Shown one piece after another: positions 40,050 through 48,943 of a stretch of 64,000 bases of DNA (positions within the stretch are counted from its first letter, which is position 1; the number at the start of each line of letters is the position of its first letter). The stretch is taken from NCBI GenBank assembly GCA_964534625.1, contig CAZHRF010000005.1, positions 41,973 to 105,972 on the forward strand, read 5' to 3'. A model generated the notes under the pieces. It did no database searches and had not been told where the DNA came from. It was given only the letters and a program-made list of their open reading frames with translations. A program made the translations under genes and the position numbers. The stretch is from an uncultured archaeon. GTDB lineage: Archaea > Asgardarchaeota > Heimdallarchaeia > Heimdallarchaeales > Heimdallarchaeaceae.

Positions 40050-42017
40050 ATGCCACTAACAGAGTTAATTGATCAAATTTCTTTAGAACTATCCGGAATA
40101 CGAACAAAAAAAGTTATCGAAAAGATTATTCAGTATCACAGAATTCAAGCGAGCACTCCGTTTTTTGAGAGTTTGAAATTTATTAAGAGCAAACTAGAAG
40201 ATTATGGAGATAAGAAAGCCCATATTCACGAATATATAGCTGATGGTACTAAACGAGTTTATAATTGGTCTTCCCCGCTCTCATGGGATATTACAAGTGG
40301 TAAACTCAAGCTAATAGAACCAAAAGAAGAAATACTTGCAGATTTTTCTATTGAACCAGAAAGTATCTGTACACATTCAAAACCAGTAGAATCGGTGATT
40401 GCAGAAGTTGTACATATTGGGAAAGCAACAGATGAAGATCTAAAGAATGATATTTGTGGAAAAGTTGTACTAACTTCAGGTGCTCCACGGTCCTTAATTG
40501 AAAAATTAGCAGAAAAAAAAGCTAGCGGCATTATAGCTTATCCGTCTTTAGAAAAAGCTGGAAAGTATCATGAAATGATCAGATATGTTGGATTATGGCC
40601 AGATGCAGATAATTTGTCAAAGAGTTCTTGGGGCTTCTCTATTTCGACCAAAAAAGCTCTTGAACTCATAAACTATCTAAAAGAAGGCAAAAAAATTGTA
40701 GTTGAAGCAAACATAGATTCCAAACTATATCCGGGCAAACTACATGTTTTAAGTACTGTTATCAAAGGTTCAAAAGAACCAAATAAAGAGATCATATTAT
40801 GTGCACATATATGTCATCCGAAACCTTCAGCTAATGACAATGCATCAGGTAGCGCTCTATTGTTAGAGATATACAAAACTATTTCATCCTTAATCAAACA
40901 CCACAAAATTGATCGACCAGATATTTCAATTCGATTTTTGTGGGTTCCTGAGTTTCACGGTACTATTCCATGGATTCAACAAATGAAAAAGAGAGGAGAT
41001 TTTGAACCATTAACTTGTTTGAACTTGGATATGGTTGGTGAGGACCCACAATTAATTGGATATCCTTTTGTTGTCTCTCAAACTAGTATCACAACGCCAT
41101 CTATTATTAATGATCTTATAACAGCACTCCTTGATATTATCAAAGATGATAAACGACTAACTGAACCAAATGGCTGGCAGAGACCGTGGAATTATAGAAT
41201 GAAACCCTATTCTGGTGGCTCTGATCATATACTTTTTACAGATGAACCACTTAGAATCCCTGCTGTTATGTTTGGTCATCCAGATCAATTTCATCACACA
41301 AATCTAGATACAATTGACAAAGTTGATACAACGACTTTAAAACGTGTAGGAGTCTTGACAGTACTTACAGTACTTATTTTAGATTCACCAACTAAATATC
41401 AAAATATTTATCTAAAAGGCTATTGGCATGGGTTCCATAAACGAAGAGCAAATCTATTTTTATTATTAGAGAAATACAAGAATTATAATCAGAATAATAA
41501 TTACGGTGATCATCCGATAGATTTATACAAACAACTTATAGACTATGCTCTTTACTTCGAATTTCGTATACTCGATTCTTTGACACATAAAGAAGTCATT
41601 AAAACAGTCAAAGACATTGTTAAAAATGATTATCAAAACATTATGAAACTATTTTCCACTTATATTGAAAAAAACGAATTGGCTAGTAAAAAAGAACAAC
41701 TAACTAATAAGATGGAACTTGTCCCAAAAAGATTGTGGAAAGGTCCCATTAATTATAAAGTATTGAGTAAATTAGAAAAACCGGAAATGAAAGATGTTGA
41801 GAAAGAGGACATTAACAAACTATATGATTTCCTTAAAAATGAACATTATGATTATGGAGGATTTGTTCTTGAGCTTATAAATTTAATTAATAATAAAAGA
41901 ACATTATCTGAAATTTATGTTTCACTCTGTTTTGCTACTGCTGATATAATTGACATTTCTTCATTGATTGCTTTTTATGAGAAACTCGCTGAAATAGAAT
42001 TAATTTCACTTCATTAA
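40050..42017 (+). CDS. M28-family peptidase (DUF4910-like) with PA domain and C-terminal wHTH
   Basis: AHICH, ANDNASG, PE, NLDMVG, GGSDH, HHT..D. Confidence 0.8.
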   Translation: MPLTELIDQISLELSGIRTKKVIEKIIQYHRIQASTPFFESLKFIKSKLEDYGDKKAHIHEYIADGTKRVYNWSSPLSWDITSGKLKLIEPKEEILADFSIEPESICTHSKPVESVIAEVVHIGKATDEDLKNDICGKVVLTSGAPRSLIEKLAEKKASGIIAYPSLEKAGKYHEMIRYVGLWPDADNLSKSSWGFSISTKKALELINYLKEGKKIVVEANIDSKLYPGKLHVLSTVIKGSKEPNKEIILCAHICHPKPSANDNASGSALLLEIYKTISSLIKHHKIDRPDISIRFLWVPEFHGTIPWIQQMKKRGDFEPLTCLNLDMVGEDPQLIGYPFVVSQTSITTPSIINDLITALLDIIKDDKRLTEPNGWQRPWNYRMKPYSGGSDHILFTDEPLRIPAVMFGHPDQFHHTNLDTIDKVDTTTLKRVGVLTVLTVLILDSPTKYQNIYLKGYWHGFHKRRANLFLLLEKYKNYNQNNNYGDHPIDLYKQLIDYALYFEFRILDSLTHKEVIKTVKDIVKNDYQNIMKLFSTYIEKNELASKKEQLTNKMELVPKRLWKGPINYKVLSKLEKPEMKDVEKEDINKLYDFLKNEHYDYGGFVLELINLINNKRTLSEIYVSLCFATADIIDISSLIAFYEKLAEIELISLH

Positions 42018-42092
42018 AATGATAAATGGCAGAAGCAAACTATTTTAATATAAGAGAGAGAAATTAAATGTGTAAAATACGAGAAGATTAAA

Positions 42093-43001
42093 ATGTCTAA
42101 TAAAGAGATTAAATCACTAATTAGTAGCGTATCTATGCTTAAAAATATGATGGAGAGTATTATTGATGGTGTTCAAGAACGATTGCAAGATTATGATGAT
42201 GTTGTTGAAAAGTTATCGAATAGATTGGATGCTATTGAGGATAAGACAGAACAATTAAAGTTGGATTTAAATTCTTTTCGACAGAACAACTTATCTAAGT
42301 CTACTGAAAGTAATAACTTAGCACAAATTCAAAAGCGTCTAGAAGTATTCGATAAACGTTTATCTGAGATTGAAATTTCAAGAAAGGATCTTAAAACATC
42401 TTTGAAAGAGCAAACACCAGCACCAAAAACACCAGCACCAGAAACACCAGCACCAGAAACACCAGCACCGACACCAGCACCAAAAACACCAGCACCGACA
42501 CCAGCACCAAAAACACCAGCACCAGAAACACCAGCACCAGAAACACCAGCACCGACACCAGCACCAAAAACACCAGCACCGACACCAGCACCAAAAACAC
42601 CAGCACCAGAAACACCAGCACCGACACCAACCGCCATACCAAAACCAAAGCCAATGCAAACAGAATCAGAATCAGCACCAGTCGTACAAGAAATACCCGA
42701 AAGAGAAACAAAAGCAGAAATATCGGTATCTAAAACACCCAAAGTGGATGAAGTGAAAGAGCGTGAGGTAAGCCCAATATCTAAAGATGTAAAAGGGAAC
42801 ATTCCTTCTCCCTCAAAAGCTGCTCCGACATCGACAGCGCCAATACCAGCACCAGAAACACCAACACCAAAGATATCAAGACAGCAAGATTATGATAAAC
42901 TTGCACCAGAAAAAAAACTTTCTGCAGAATTGTTTGATAAAAAAGTTTCTGGCGAAAAGGCAGAATTACTCGACGCATTAAAAAAACTTGAGGATATATA
43001 G
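42093..43001 (+). CDS. Coiled-coil protein with TPAP repeats and a short C-terminal amphipathic helix
   Basis: Heptad-rich N-terminal ~105 aa, 15 TPAP units, ends KAELLDALKKLEDI. Confidence 0.75.
   Translation: MSNKEIKSLISSVSMLKNMMESIIDGVQERLQDYDDVVEKLSNRLDAIEDKTEQLKLDLNSFRQNNLSKSTESNNLAQIQKRLEVFDKRLSEIEISRKDLKTSLKEQTPAPKTPAPETPAPETPAPTPAPKTPAPTPAPKTPAPETPAPETPAPTPAPKTPAPTPAPKTPAPETPAPTPTAIPKPKPMQTESESAPVVQEIPERETKAEISVSKTPKVDEVKEREVSPISKDVKGNIPSPSKAAPTSTAPIPAPETPTPKISRQQDYDKLAPEKKLSAELFDKKVSGEKAELLDALKKLEDI
42414..42623. repeat. Coding minisatellite of 12/15-bp units ACACCAGCACC(AAAA/AGAA/G) with an 84-bp higher-order period
   Basis: Unit order K,E,E,-,K,- twice, then K,E,-; read directly. 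Confidence 0.92.
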
Positions 43002-43046
43002 CTCCTAGAGGAAGTTTCTTATATACATGTTAGGGGTTGCTAATTA

Positions 43047-44072
43047 ATGGTACTACCTATTGTTATTTACATTCTATCTTTTGTTATTCCATTAATAATA
43101 ACGATTACTGTATTCCCTTTTTACATTAAGATGATGTTAAAGTTTGGTATATATGGAGTTGATATCCATAAAGAAGAAAAACCAAAAGTAGCAGAGATGG
43201 GTGGTATTGTTATGATATTTGCTATAGTCATAACAGGCGTTATTACTATATTTTTGGTCCCAAGCTCAGAGGACAAAGTATCGATAGCAATTTTTTGCAT
43301 GGTTGTTTCTATAGCAGCTATTGTTGGTTTTATTGATGATGTTAAACCTTTAAATGCCATTCTCAAACCAGTATTGTTACTATTTGCTTCAATCCCCATA
43401 ATTATTTCCAAGAAATATAGACCAGAACCCGTTCTCCCTTTCATTGGAAGAACGAGGTTAACAATAGTCTACTTAATACTCTTACCTTTTGTTATTTCTG
43501 TACCTGCAAATGCAGTAAACATGCTTGATGTTTTTAATGGATCAATGGCTAGTACTGTAATAATTTTACTTGTTATTATTCTTATTTCTAGGATGATAAT
43601 TTTTGGAATTAATTTTAATGATGTCACTATTTCAATTATATTTATTTTAATTATTATCGGTACGTTAATTGGATTTTGGATCTACAATCGATATCCCGCA
43701 AAAATTTTTGCAGGCGATACTGGTTCTCTATCCATTGGTGCTGCCATAGGTGCAATAGCTGTTATGGGAGAACTTGAAATAGTTACTATTATTGCCATGA
43801 TACCCTTTATTATGAATTCATTTAGCATAATTAGTAGTTTGAAGGGATTTGTTGAAAGAAGAAATATGCCAGCTAGACCAACAGAAATGACAAGTGATTG
43901 GAAAATAAAAAGTTCGGACAATCCTCGTGCGCCTATTACCCTAGTCGGCTTAATATTACAAAAAGGTCCTTTACGCGAAAATGATATTGTAAAGGGTTTT
44001 AATATTTTAACGATATTCAGTGGCATTCTAGCTATTTTAACTGCAATACTTATTCGCTTGGTGATACAATGA
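43047..44072 (+). CDS. UDP-GlcNAc:dolichyl-phosphate GlcNAc-1-P transferase (AglH/DPAGT1, MraY family)
   Basis: DIHK...PKVAEMGG, GFIDD, NAVNMLDVFNG, NRYPAKIFAGDTG. Confidence 0.88.
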   Translation: MVLPIVIYILSFVIPLIITITVFPFYIKMMLKFGIYGVDIHKEEKPKVAEMGGIVMIFAIVITGVITIFLVPSSEDKVSIAIFCMVVSIAAIVGFIDDVKPLNAILKPVLLLFASIPIIISKKYRPEPVLPFIGRTRLTIVYLILLPFVISVPANAVNMLDVFNGSMASTVIILLVIILISRMIIFGINFNDVTISIIFILIIIGTLIGFWIYNRYPAKIFAGDTGSLSIGAAIGAIAVMGELEIVTIIAMIPFIMNSFSIISSLKGFVERRNMPARPTEMTSDWKIKSSDNPRAPITLVGLILQKGPLRENDIVKGFNILTIFSGILAILTAILIRLVIQ

Positions 44073-44311
44073 ATTATTTTAAAATTATCCCGAAATTGAT
44101 TAAACTATATTTGCTTGAGATATATGTTTTTATAACGTTTTTAGCCATATGTGCACTTATTAATGGATTAATCGTCAATGTTTCTAATCCTCATGACTTT
44201 TTTTATGCATTTTTAGTTGGTTTATTCAAAGTTGGAACTAGTTTCTTACTTGTGGCTATATGGTTGATTTCATGGTACTATATTACCAAAAAAATGATTA
44301 AGCAAAAGTAA
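44069..44311 (+). CDS. Small 2-TM hypothetical protein
   Basis: ATGA overlap with the upstream gene; hydrophobic. Confidence 0.55.
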   Translation: MNYFKIIPKLIKLYLLEIYVFITFLAICALINGLIVNVSNPHDFFYAFLVGLFKVGTSFLLVAIWLISWYYITKKMIKQK

Positions 44312-44333
44312 AAAGAAAATGATATTAGTAAAT

Positions 44334-44993
44334 TCAACTTGGTAGTTGTAAAAGATATAATCTTTTTTTCAATTTATGATACTTTTTAGCGAATTCAATA
44401 CTAGAAATATCATAATCCTCAAATTGATTTTCTATTGCAAATAATTGATTTTCAATCTCTAATATTTCATCATCAAGTTTTTTATGTTTTTCCTGCTCTA
44501 TAGTTTGTTCTGAAAGATTGCGATTTTTCTTACTTGTTATATCTCTTAATTCTTTTTCTTTTTGTTCAACCAAAGTTGCAAGATGGTCTCTTTGTGATAA
44601 TAATGGCGTTAGTTGCTCTTTTGGTTGTATTTGTTGTCTCATACTTGGCTTTGCTAGCACTCTCCCTCTCACTTTTGAAAATAGTCTTTGTGTTTCGACC
44701 ATCACTTGAAAAAGATGGTAATTGGGTCGCCATCTTGCTAACATCCTCATCGAGAGAATACCATTTTCTACATTCGGATGAGATATAGGTGTTTTAACAT
44801 AAACTATTGGAGGAACACTTGGGAAATTTTCAGGTAATACTATTTCAAGTGCAACCATTGCTGTACCAGTTTGAGTTATCATCTTAACAAAGCCTCTCCA
44901 ACGTTTTAGATTACCATCAATTGGTTCAAATCCATAAGCTCGTTCATAAACAAATGCAGCTTCTCTGACAAGAATTTCATCGGGGATTACCAT
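44334..44993 (-). CDS. ESCRT-I-like protein: UEV domain, coiled coil and steadiness-box (Vps23/Vps37-like)
   Basis: UBC fold (LPENFPSVPP, HPNVENGILSM, WRP) lacking the catalytic Cys; coiled coil; C-terminal FEDYDISSIEFAKKYHKLKKRLY. Confidence 0.8.
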   Translation of the reverse strand: MVIPDEILVREAAFVYERAYGFEPIDGNLKRWRGFVKMITQTGTAMVALEIVLPENFPSVPPIVYVKTPISHPNVENGILSMRMLARWRPNYHLFQVMVETQRLFSKVRGRVLAKPSMRQQIQPKEQLTPLLSQRDHLATLVEQKEKELRDITSKKNRNLSEQTIEQEKHKKLDDEILEIENQLFAIENQFEDYDISSIEFAKKYHKLKKRLYLLQLPS

Positions 44994-45145
44994 ATTATCC
45001 TCTTCTCCTAATACGTGTTAATATACACACTATTGTATTTATACATTATCTTTCAACTTAGAAATAATCAATGGCATATTATTTGTAAATCTCAAAACAG
45101 TAGGAGGTTTTTTAAAGACAGATTCTGGTAGTTTTTTGATCATCT

Positions 45146-46978
45146 ATGACCCGTATTGCAGTAATTGACCAAGAAACATGTAAACCAGATAAATGCGGAA
45201 AAGTATGCTACAAATATTGTCCTGTAGTCAGAACAGGTAAAGACTGCATCACTTTTGATCCACCAGAAAAGAAAGCAGTTATTCACGAAAATCTCTGTAC
45301 AGGGTGTGGGATTTGTCCAAAAAAATGTCCTTTTGAATGTATCAAAATTATTAACTTACCTGAAGAATTAGATGATCAAGTTACTCACAGATATAGTCAA
45401 AATGGTTTTAAACTCCATCGTCTTCCTATGCCAAAACTTGGATCTGCAATAGGTCTTGTTGGTCAAAATGGTTCTGGTAAGACCACAACCTTAAACATTC
45501 TTCAAGGGAGACTGAAACCAAATTTAGGGAAATATGAACATCCTCCCGAATGGGATGAGATAATTCAACATTACCGAGGAACGGTCATTCAGACATATTT
45601 TGAAGAATTAGTCAACAATAATCTTAAGGTTATATTGAAACCTCAAAATGTTGATAAACTCCCCAAAGTGATCAAGGGCACCGTTTCTGATTTAATTAAA
45701 AAGGCGGATGAGAGGGAAATTAGTGATGAACTAAAGGACGTTTTTTCTCTCAACAAAGTTTGGGATCGTGATATCTCAACCCTTAGTGGAGGGGAATTAC
45801 AAAGACTCGCTTGTGCAGCAGCGGTAGCTAGAGAAGCCGATGTTTATCTTTTCGATGAACCAACGTCCTACTTAGATGTTAAGGAACGTGTAAAAATTGC
45901 GGATTATATAAATGGTATGCAATCACCAGAACGAACTATTGTTGTTGTAGAACATGATCTTGCAATGCTTGATTATTTAAGTGAACAAGTTTGTTTATAT
46001 TATGGCAATGCGGGAGCATATGGTATTGTATCCCACCCTTATTCTGTGAGAGAGGGAATCAATGTTTTTCTCGATGGCTATATTCCCTCGGAAAACATGC
46101 GTTTTCGACCAGAACCCATCATATTCAAAAAAGCGAGTCAAGAAGACAGAATTGCTTCAGAAAGAGTTGCCATAAAATATGGTAATATGACAAAAAAATT
46201 CGAGAACTTTAAATTAGAGGTTCAAGGAGGAGAATTACGAAAAGGTGAAGTAGTTGGTATCATTGGACCGAATGGTATTGGAAAAACAACATTTATTAAA
46301 ATGCTTGCTGGTTCTTTAGAGCCCACCAAAATGGAAGAACCAGTTCAGTTGATTAGTGGTTCTGGAGATAAAGAACTCCAAAAAGAAGCTGAAAGTATTA
46401 CTATCTCTGCAAAGCCACAATACCTTTATACTGAATCTGAAGAAACAGTCGATTCATATCTTAGAAATATCAATCAAATGATGACTTCAAGTGCCTGGCA
46501 TAAAAGTGAGATTATAAGACCATTAGGCGTTACAAAAGTCATGAATAGCCGGTTGTGTGATCTATCTGGTGGTGAGTTGCAAAGAGTAGCTATTGCTGGG
46601 TGTTTGGGCAAAAAAGCGCATCTTTATTTATTAGATGAACCTTCAGCGTATATATCCGCAGAAGATCGCGTTACAGTAGCTAAAGTCATAAAACGAGTTG
46701 CTCTTCATTATGAAATGCCCATGGCAGTTGTAGAACATGATGTTATGTTGTTGAATTTTGTTAGTGATCGTTTAATGGTCTTTGATGGAAAACCAAGTGT
46801 CGAAGGAAAAGTATCTCGAATTAGAACTCTTCAGGACGGAATGAATACATTCCTTAAAAAAATGGATCTAACATTTAGACAAGACCCTAGAACCTTACGA
46901 CCACGTGTCAATAAGAGAGGGTCTCAATTAGATAAAAAACAAAAAGCACAAGGAAGATATTTTATGGTAGCAAAATAA
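45146..46978 (+). CDS. ABCE1/Rli1 ribosome recycling factor
   Basis: N-terminal Fe-S (CKPDKC...CP...CTGCGICPKKCP), two ABC domains (LSGGELQR), RPRVNK.GS. Confidence 0.96.
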   Translation: MTRIAVIDQETCKPDKCGKVCYKYCPVVRTGKDCITFDPPEKKAVIHENLCTGCGICPKKCPFECIKIINLPEELDDQVTHRYSQNGFKLHRLPMPKLGSAIGLVGQNGSGKTTTLNILQGRLKPNLGKYEHPPEWDEIIQHYRGTVIQTYFEELVNNNLKVILKPQNVDKLPKVIKGTVSDLIKKADEREISDELKDVFSLNKVWDRDISTLSGGELQRLACAAAVAREADVYLFDEPTSYLDVKERVKIADYINGMQSPERTIVVVEHDLAMLDYLSEQVCLYYGNAGAYGIVSHPYSVREGINVFLDGYIPSENMRFRPEPIIFKKASQEDRIASERVAIKYGNMTKKFENFKLEVQGGELRKGEVVGIIGPNGIGKTTFIKMLAGSLEPTKMEEPVQLISGSGDKELQKEAESITISAKPQYLYTESEETVDSYLRNINQMMTSSAWHKSEIIRPLGVTKVMNSRLCDLSGGELQRVAIAGCLGKKAHLYLLDEPSAYISAEDRVTVAKVIKRVALHYEMPMAVVEHDVMLLNFVSDRLMVFDGKPSVEGKVSRIRTLQDGMNTFLKKMDLTFRQDPRTLRPRVNKRGSQLDKKQKAQGRYFMVAK

Positions 46979-46981
46979 ACT

Positions 46982-47425
46982 TCAACCAGTTTGTTTTTTC
47001 TTAAGATGATTAAACCACCCAGGTACCTTTAAGTCTTCCTTGTTTATACTATCGCCAGGTAAATAAGGTTTTATATCTAAAATGGGAGTGCCATCTATTG
47101 CATCAATTCGATCGATATAAATACGGCTATCTTCTATTTTTTCTAGTTTCACTTTTGTCAATCCAATCGGATTTGGTCTACTGGGGCTCCTACATGAAAA
47201 AACACCCGTTTTTATTTGTTCTTTAAGTCTGGGGGGAGTAGTCACTAATTTTGTTCTATCATCTGAAGTATCACGCCTAGAAATCCACCATAATACGAAT
47301 AGATGCGAAAATTGATCAAGATCTTTTAATCCCTCTACAAATTCCTCGTTTATCTCGATAAAACAAGCATACTTCTCAATACAAACTTTTCCTATTTCAT
47401 AAACCATGTAACTCATATTAACCAA
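46982..47425 (-). CDS. tsaA: TrmO/TsaA tRNA methyltransferase family
   Basis: GVFSCRSPSRPNPIGL, DAIDGTPILDIKPY. Confidence 0.9.
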   Translation of the reverse strand: MVNMSYMVYEIGKVCIEKYACFIEINEEFVEGLKDLDQFSHLFVLWWISRRDTSDDRTKLVTTPPRLKEQIKTGVFSCRSPSRPNPIGLTKVKLEKIEDSRIYIDRIDAIDGTPILDIKPYLPGDSINKEDLKVPGWFNHLKKKQTG

Positions 47426-47547
47426 CTAAACATGCTAACAATTTCTTTTGAATGTTTCCTTATGAATGAATCAAATGGAATATTTTAGTTAAATAACAAA
47501 ATTCAACAACATCATAAGCTTTAAAATGAGTTTTTTAAATTGGAACT

Positions 47548-47587
47548 TAACTAACGAGATGTCGTAAGGAATCGTTAGGTGATTATT
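47548..47587 (+). promoter_or_regulatory. Hairpin leader covering the rpl15e SD (candidate eL15 r-leader)
   Basis: CTAACGA (47551-57) pairs with TCGTTAG (47572-78), overlapping SD AGGTGA; TTTAAAA box about 25 nt upstream. Confidence 0.45.
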
Positions 47588-48217
47588 ATGGTAAAAAGTA
47601 TGTATTCATATGTAGCTGAATTTTGGCGAAATAGAGAATCTCCAGAGTTCATTGAATTAAGTAAAAAGAGGATAATTCAATGGAGAAGAGAAGGAGCACT
47701 GGAAAGAATTGAACACCCAACCAGAATTGATCGAGCACGAAGTTTAGGCTACCGAGCAAAACCCGGATATATAATAGTTCGTAGTCGCGTTAGAAAAGGC
47801 GGTAGAAGGAAAAAAAGACCAGTTAGAGGTAGAAAAAGCAGAAACTTGGGTGTAAACAAGACAACGCCAAAGAAGAGCATTAAGCTTATTGCAGAGGAAC
47901 GGGCAAATAGGAAGTATTCCAACTTGGAAGTTTTGAACAGTTATTTTGTTGGACAAGATGGTACTCATAAGTGGTTTGAGATTATATTTGTTGATCCACA
48001 ACATCCAGTTATAGCGAAAGATCCAAGAATAAATTGGATTTCAACCTATGAATACCGTGGAGATAAGAAATATTATCTTAAAAAACCCAAACATAGGGGA
48101 AGAGTTTATAGAGGTAAAACTAGAGCAGGCAAAAAAATGAGAGGTCAAACCACTAAAAGAAAAGGAACAGAAAAGAATAGACCCTCATTAAGAGCACACG
48201 GAAGACGAGGAAACTAG
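47588..48217 (+). CDS. rpl15e: Ribosomal protein eL15
   Basis: WRRE, PTRIDRARSLGYRAKPG, AEERA, LEVLNSY, EIIFVDP.HP. Confidence 0.96.
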   Translation: MVKSMYSYVAEFWRNRESPEFIELSKKRIIQWRREGALERIEHPTRIDRARSLGYRAKPGYIIVRSRVRKGGRRKKRPVRGRKSRNLGVNKTTPKKSIKLIAEERANRKYSNLEVLNSYFVGQDGTHKWFEIIFVDPQHPVIAKDPRINWISTYEYRGDKKYYLKKPKHRGRVYRGKTRAGKKMRGQTTKRKGTEKNRPSLRAHGRRGN

Positions 48218-48244
48218 TTTTTTTTTGTTTTTAAAGTGATTTAA

Positions 48245-48700
48245 ATGAGTATCAGTGTCCATAGAATTAAGATGAGTTTATCAATTCATGCGACAGAAGA
48301 TAGAGAAAAGGTTCTTTCTACGTTGAATCATTTTATTACACCAGAGATACTAGATGAATCTCAAGTTATCCAAGATACGCTTGAGGGTGGATATGGCAAT
48401 CCAATTCACTTTATAGACATTAACGTTCAAAAAAAGAAACATGTAAAAAATATCTTCAAGAATATAATTTCAAAACTCTCGGATACAGATAAATCAAAAT
48501 TATTTAGTGAGTTTAAGGAACGCTTTAATGAAGAAGATACAAAATTTTTCATCAGAATTAATAAAGAACAGGCATTTTTACATAATATTCAAGTCAGTAA
48601 AAGTCAAAATACTGTCAGAATTGAGATTAAACTTCAATCTTACAATAAAAATGCAAGCTTTAAGCAATTTTTATGTGATGAAGGATTATTAATTAACTGA
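48245..48700 (+). CDS. Predicted RNA-binding protein (COG1325), exosome-superoperon member
   Basis: IHATED.EKV, G.YGNPI, FFIRINKEQA; follows rpl15e. Confidence 0.8.
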   Translation: MSISVHRIKMSLSIHATEDREKVLSTLNHFITPEILDESQVIQDTLEGGYGNPIHFIDINVQKKKHVKNIFKNIISKLSDTDKSKLFSEFKERFNEEDTKFFIRINKEQAFLHNIQVSKSQNTVRIEIKLQSYNKNASFKQFLCDEGLLIN

Positions 48701-48943
48701 AACACACATGTAACGTTTTCACGTAAGAGAACATTTAATAAACGTCTAATTTATAATGTTAAATAATCTATTTTTGTCTCTTCCTTAACTTACAAACAAA
48801 AATTTAAAATAAAATACCTTTTTATGAAAGTTAGAGGTTTATAGGATGGATCATGAAATTATACCCCAGCAATAACTTTGCATTTTTACATATATCAAAG
48901 ATTCATCCGGTTTTTATGACAATTAGTTCTTATAATTCAGAGG

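Noticed and set aside
42329-42802. GAGV-, WCWC- and VLVF-repeat ORFs, and a possible CRISPR array
   Set aside because: Antisense frames of the TPAP coding repeat; the units are contiguous with no unique spacers and there are no cas genes
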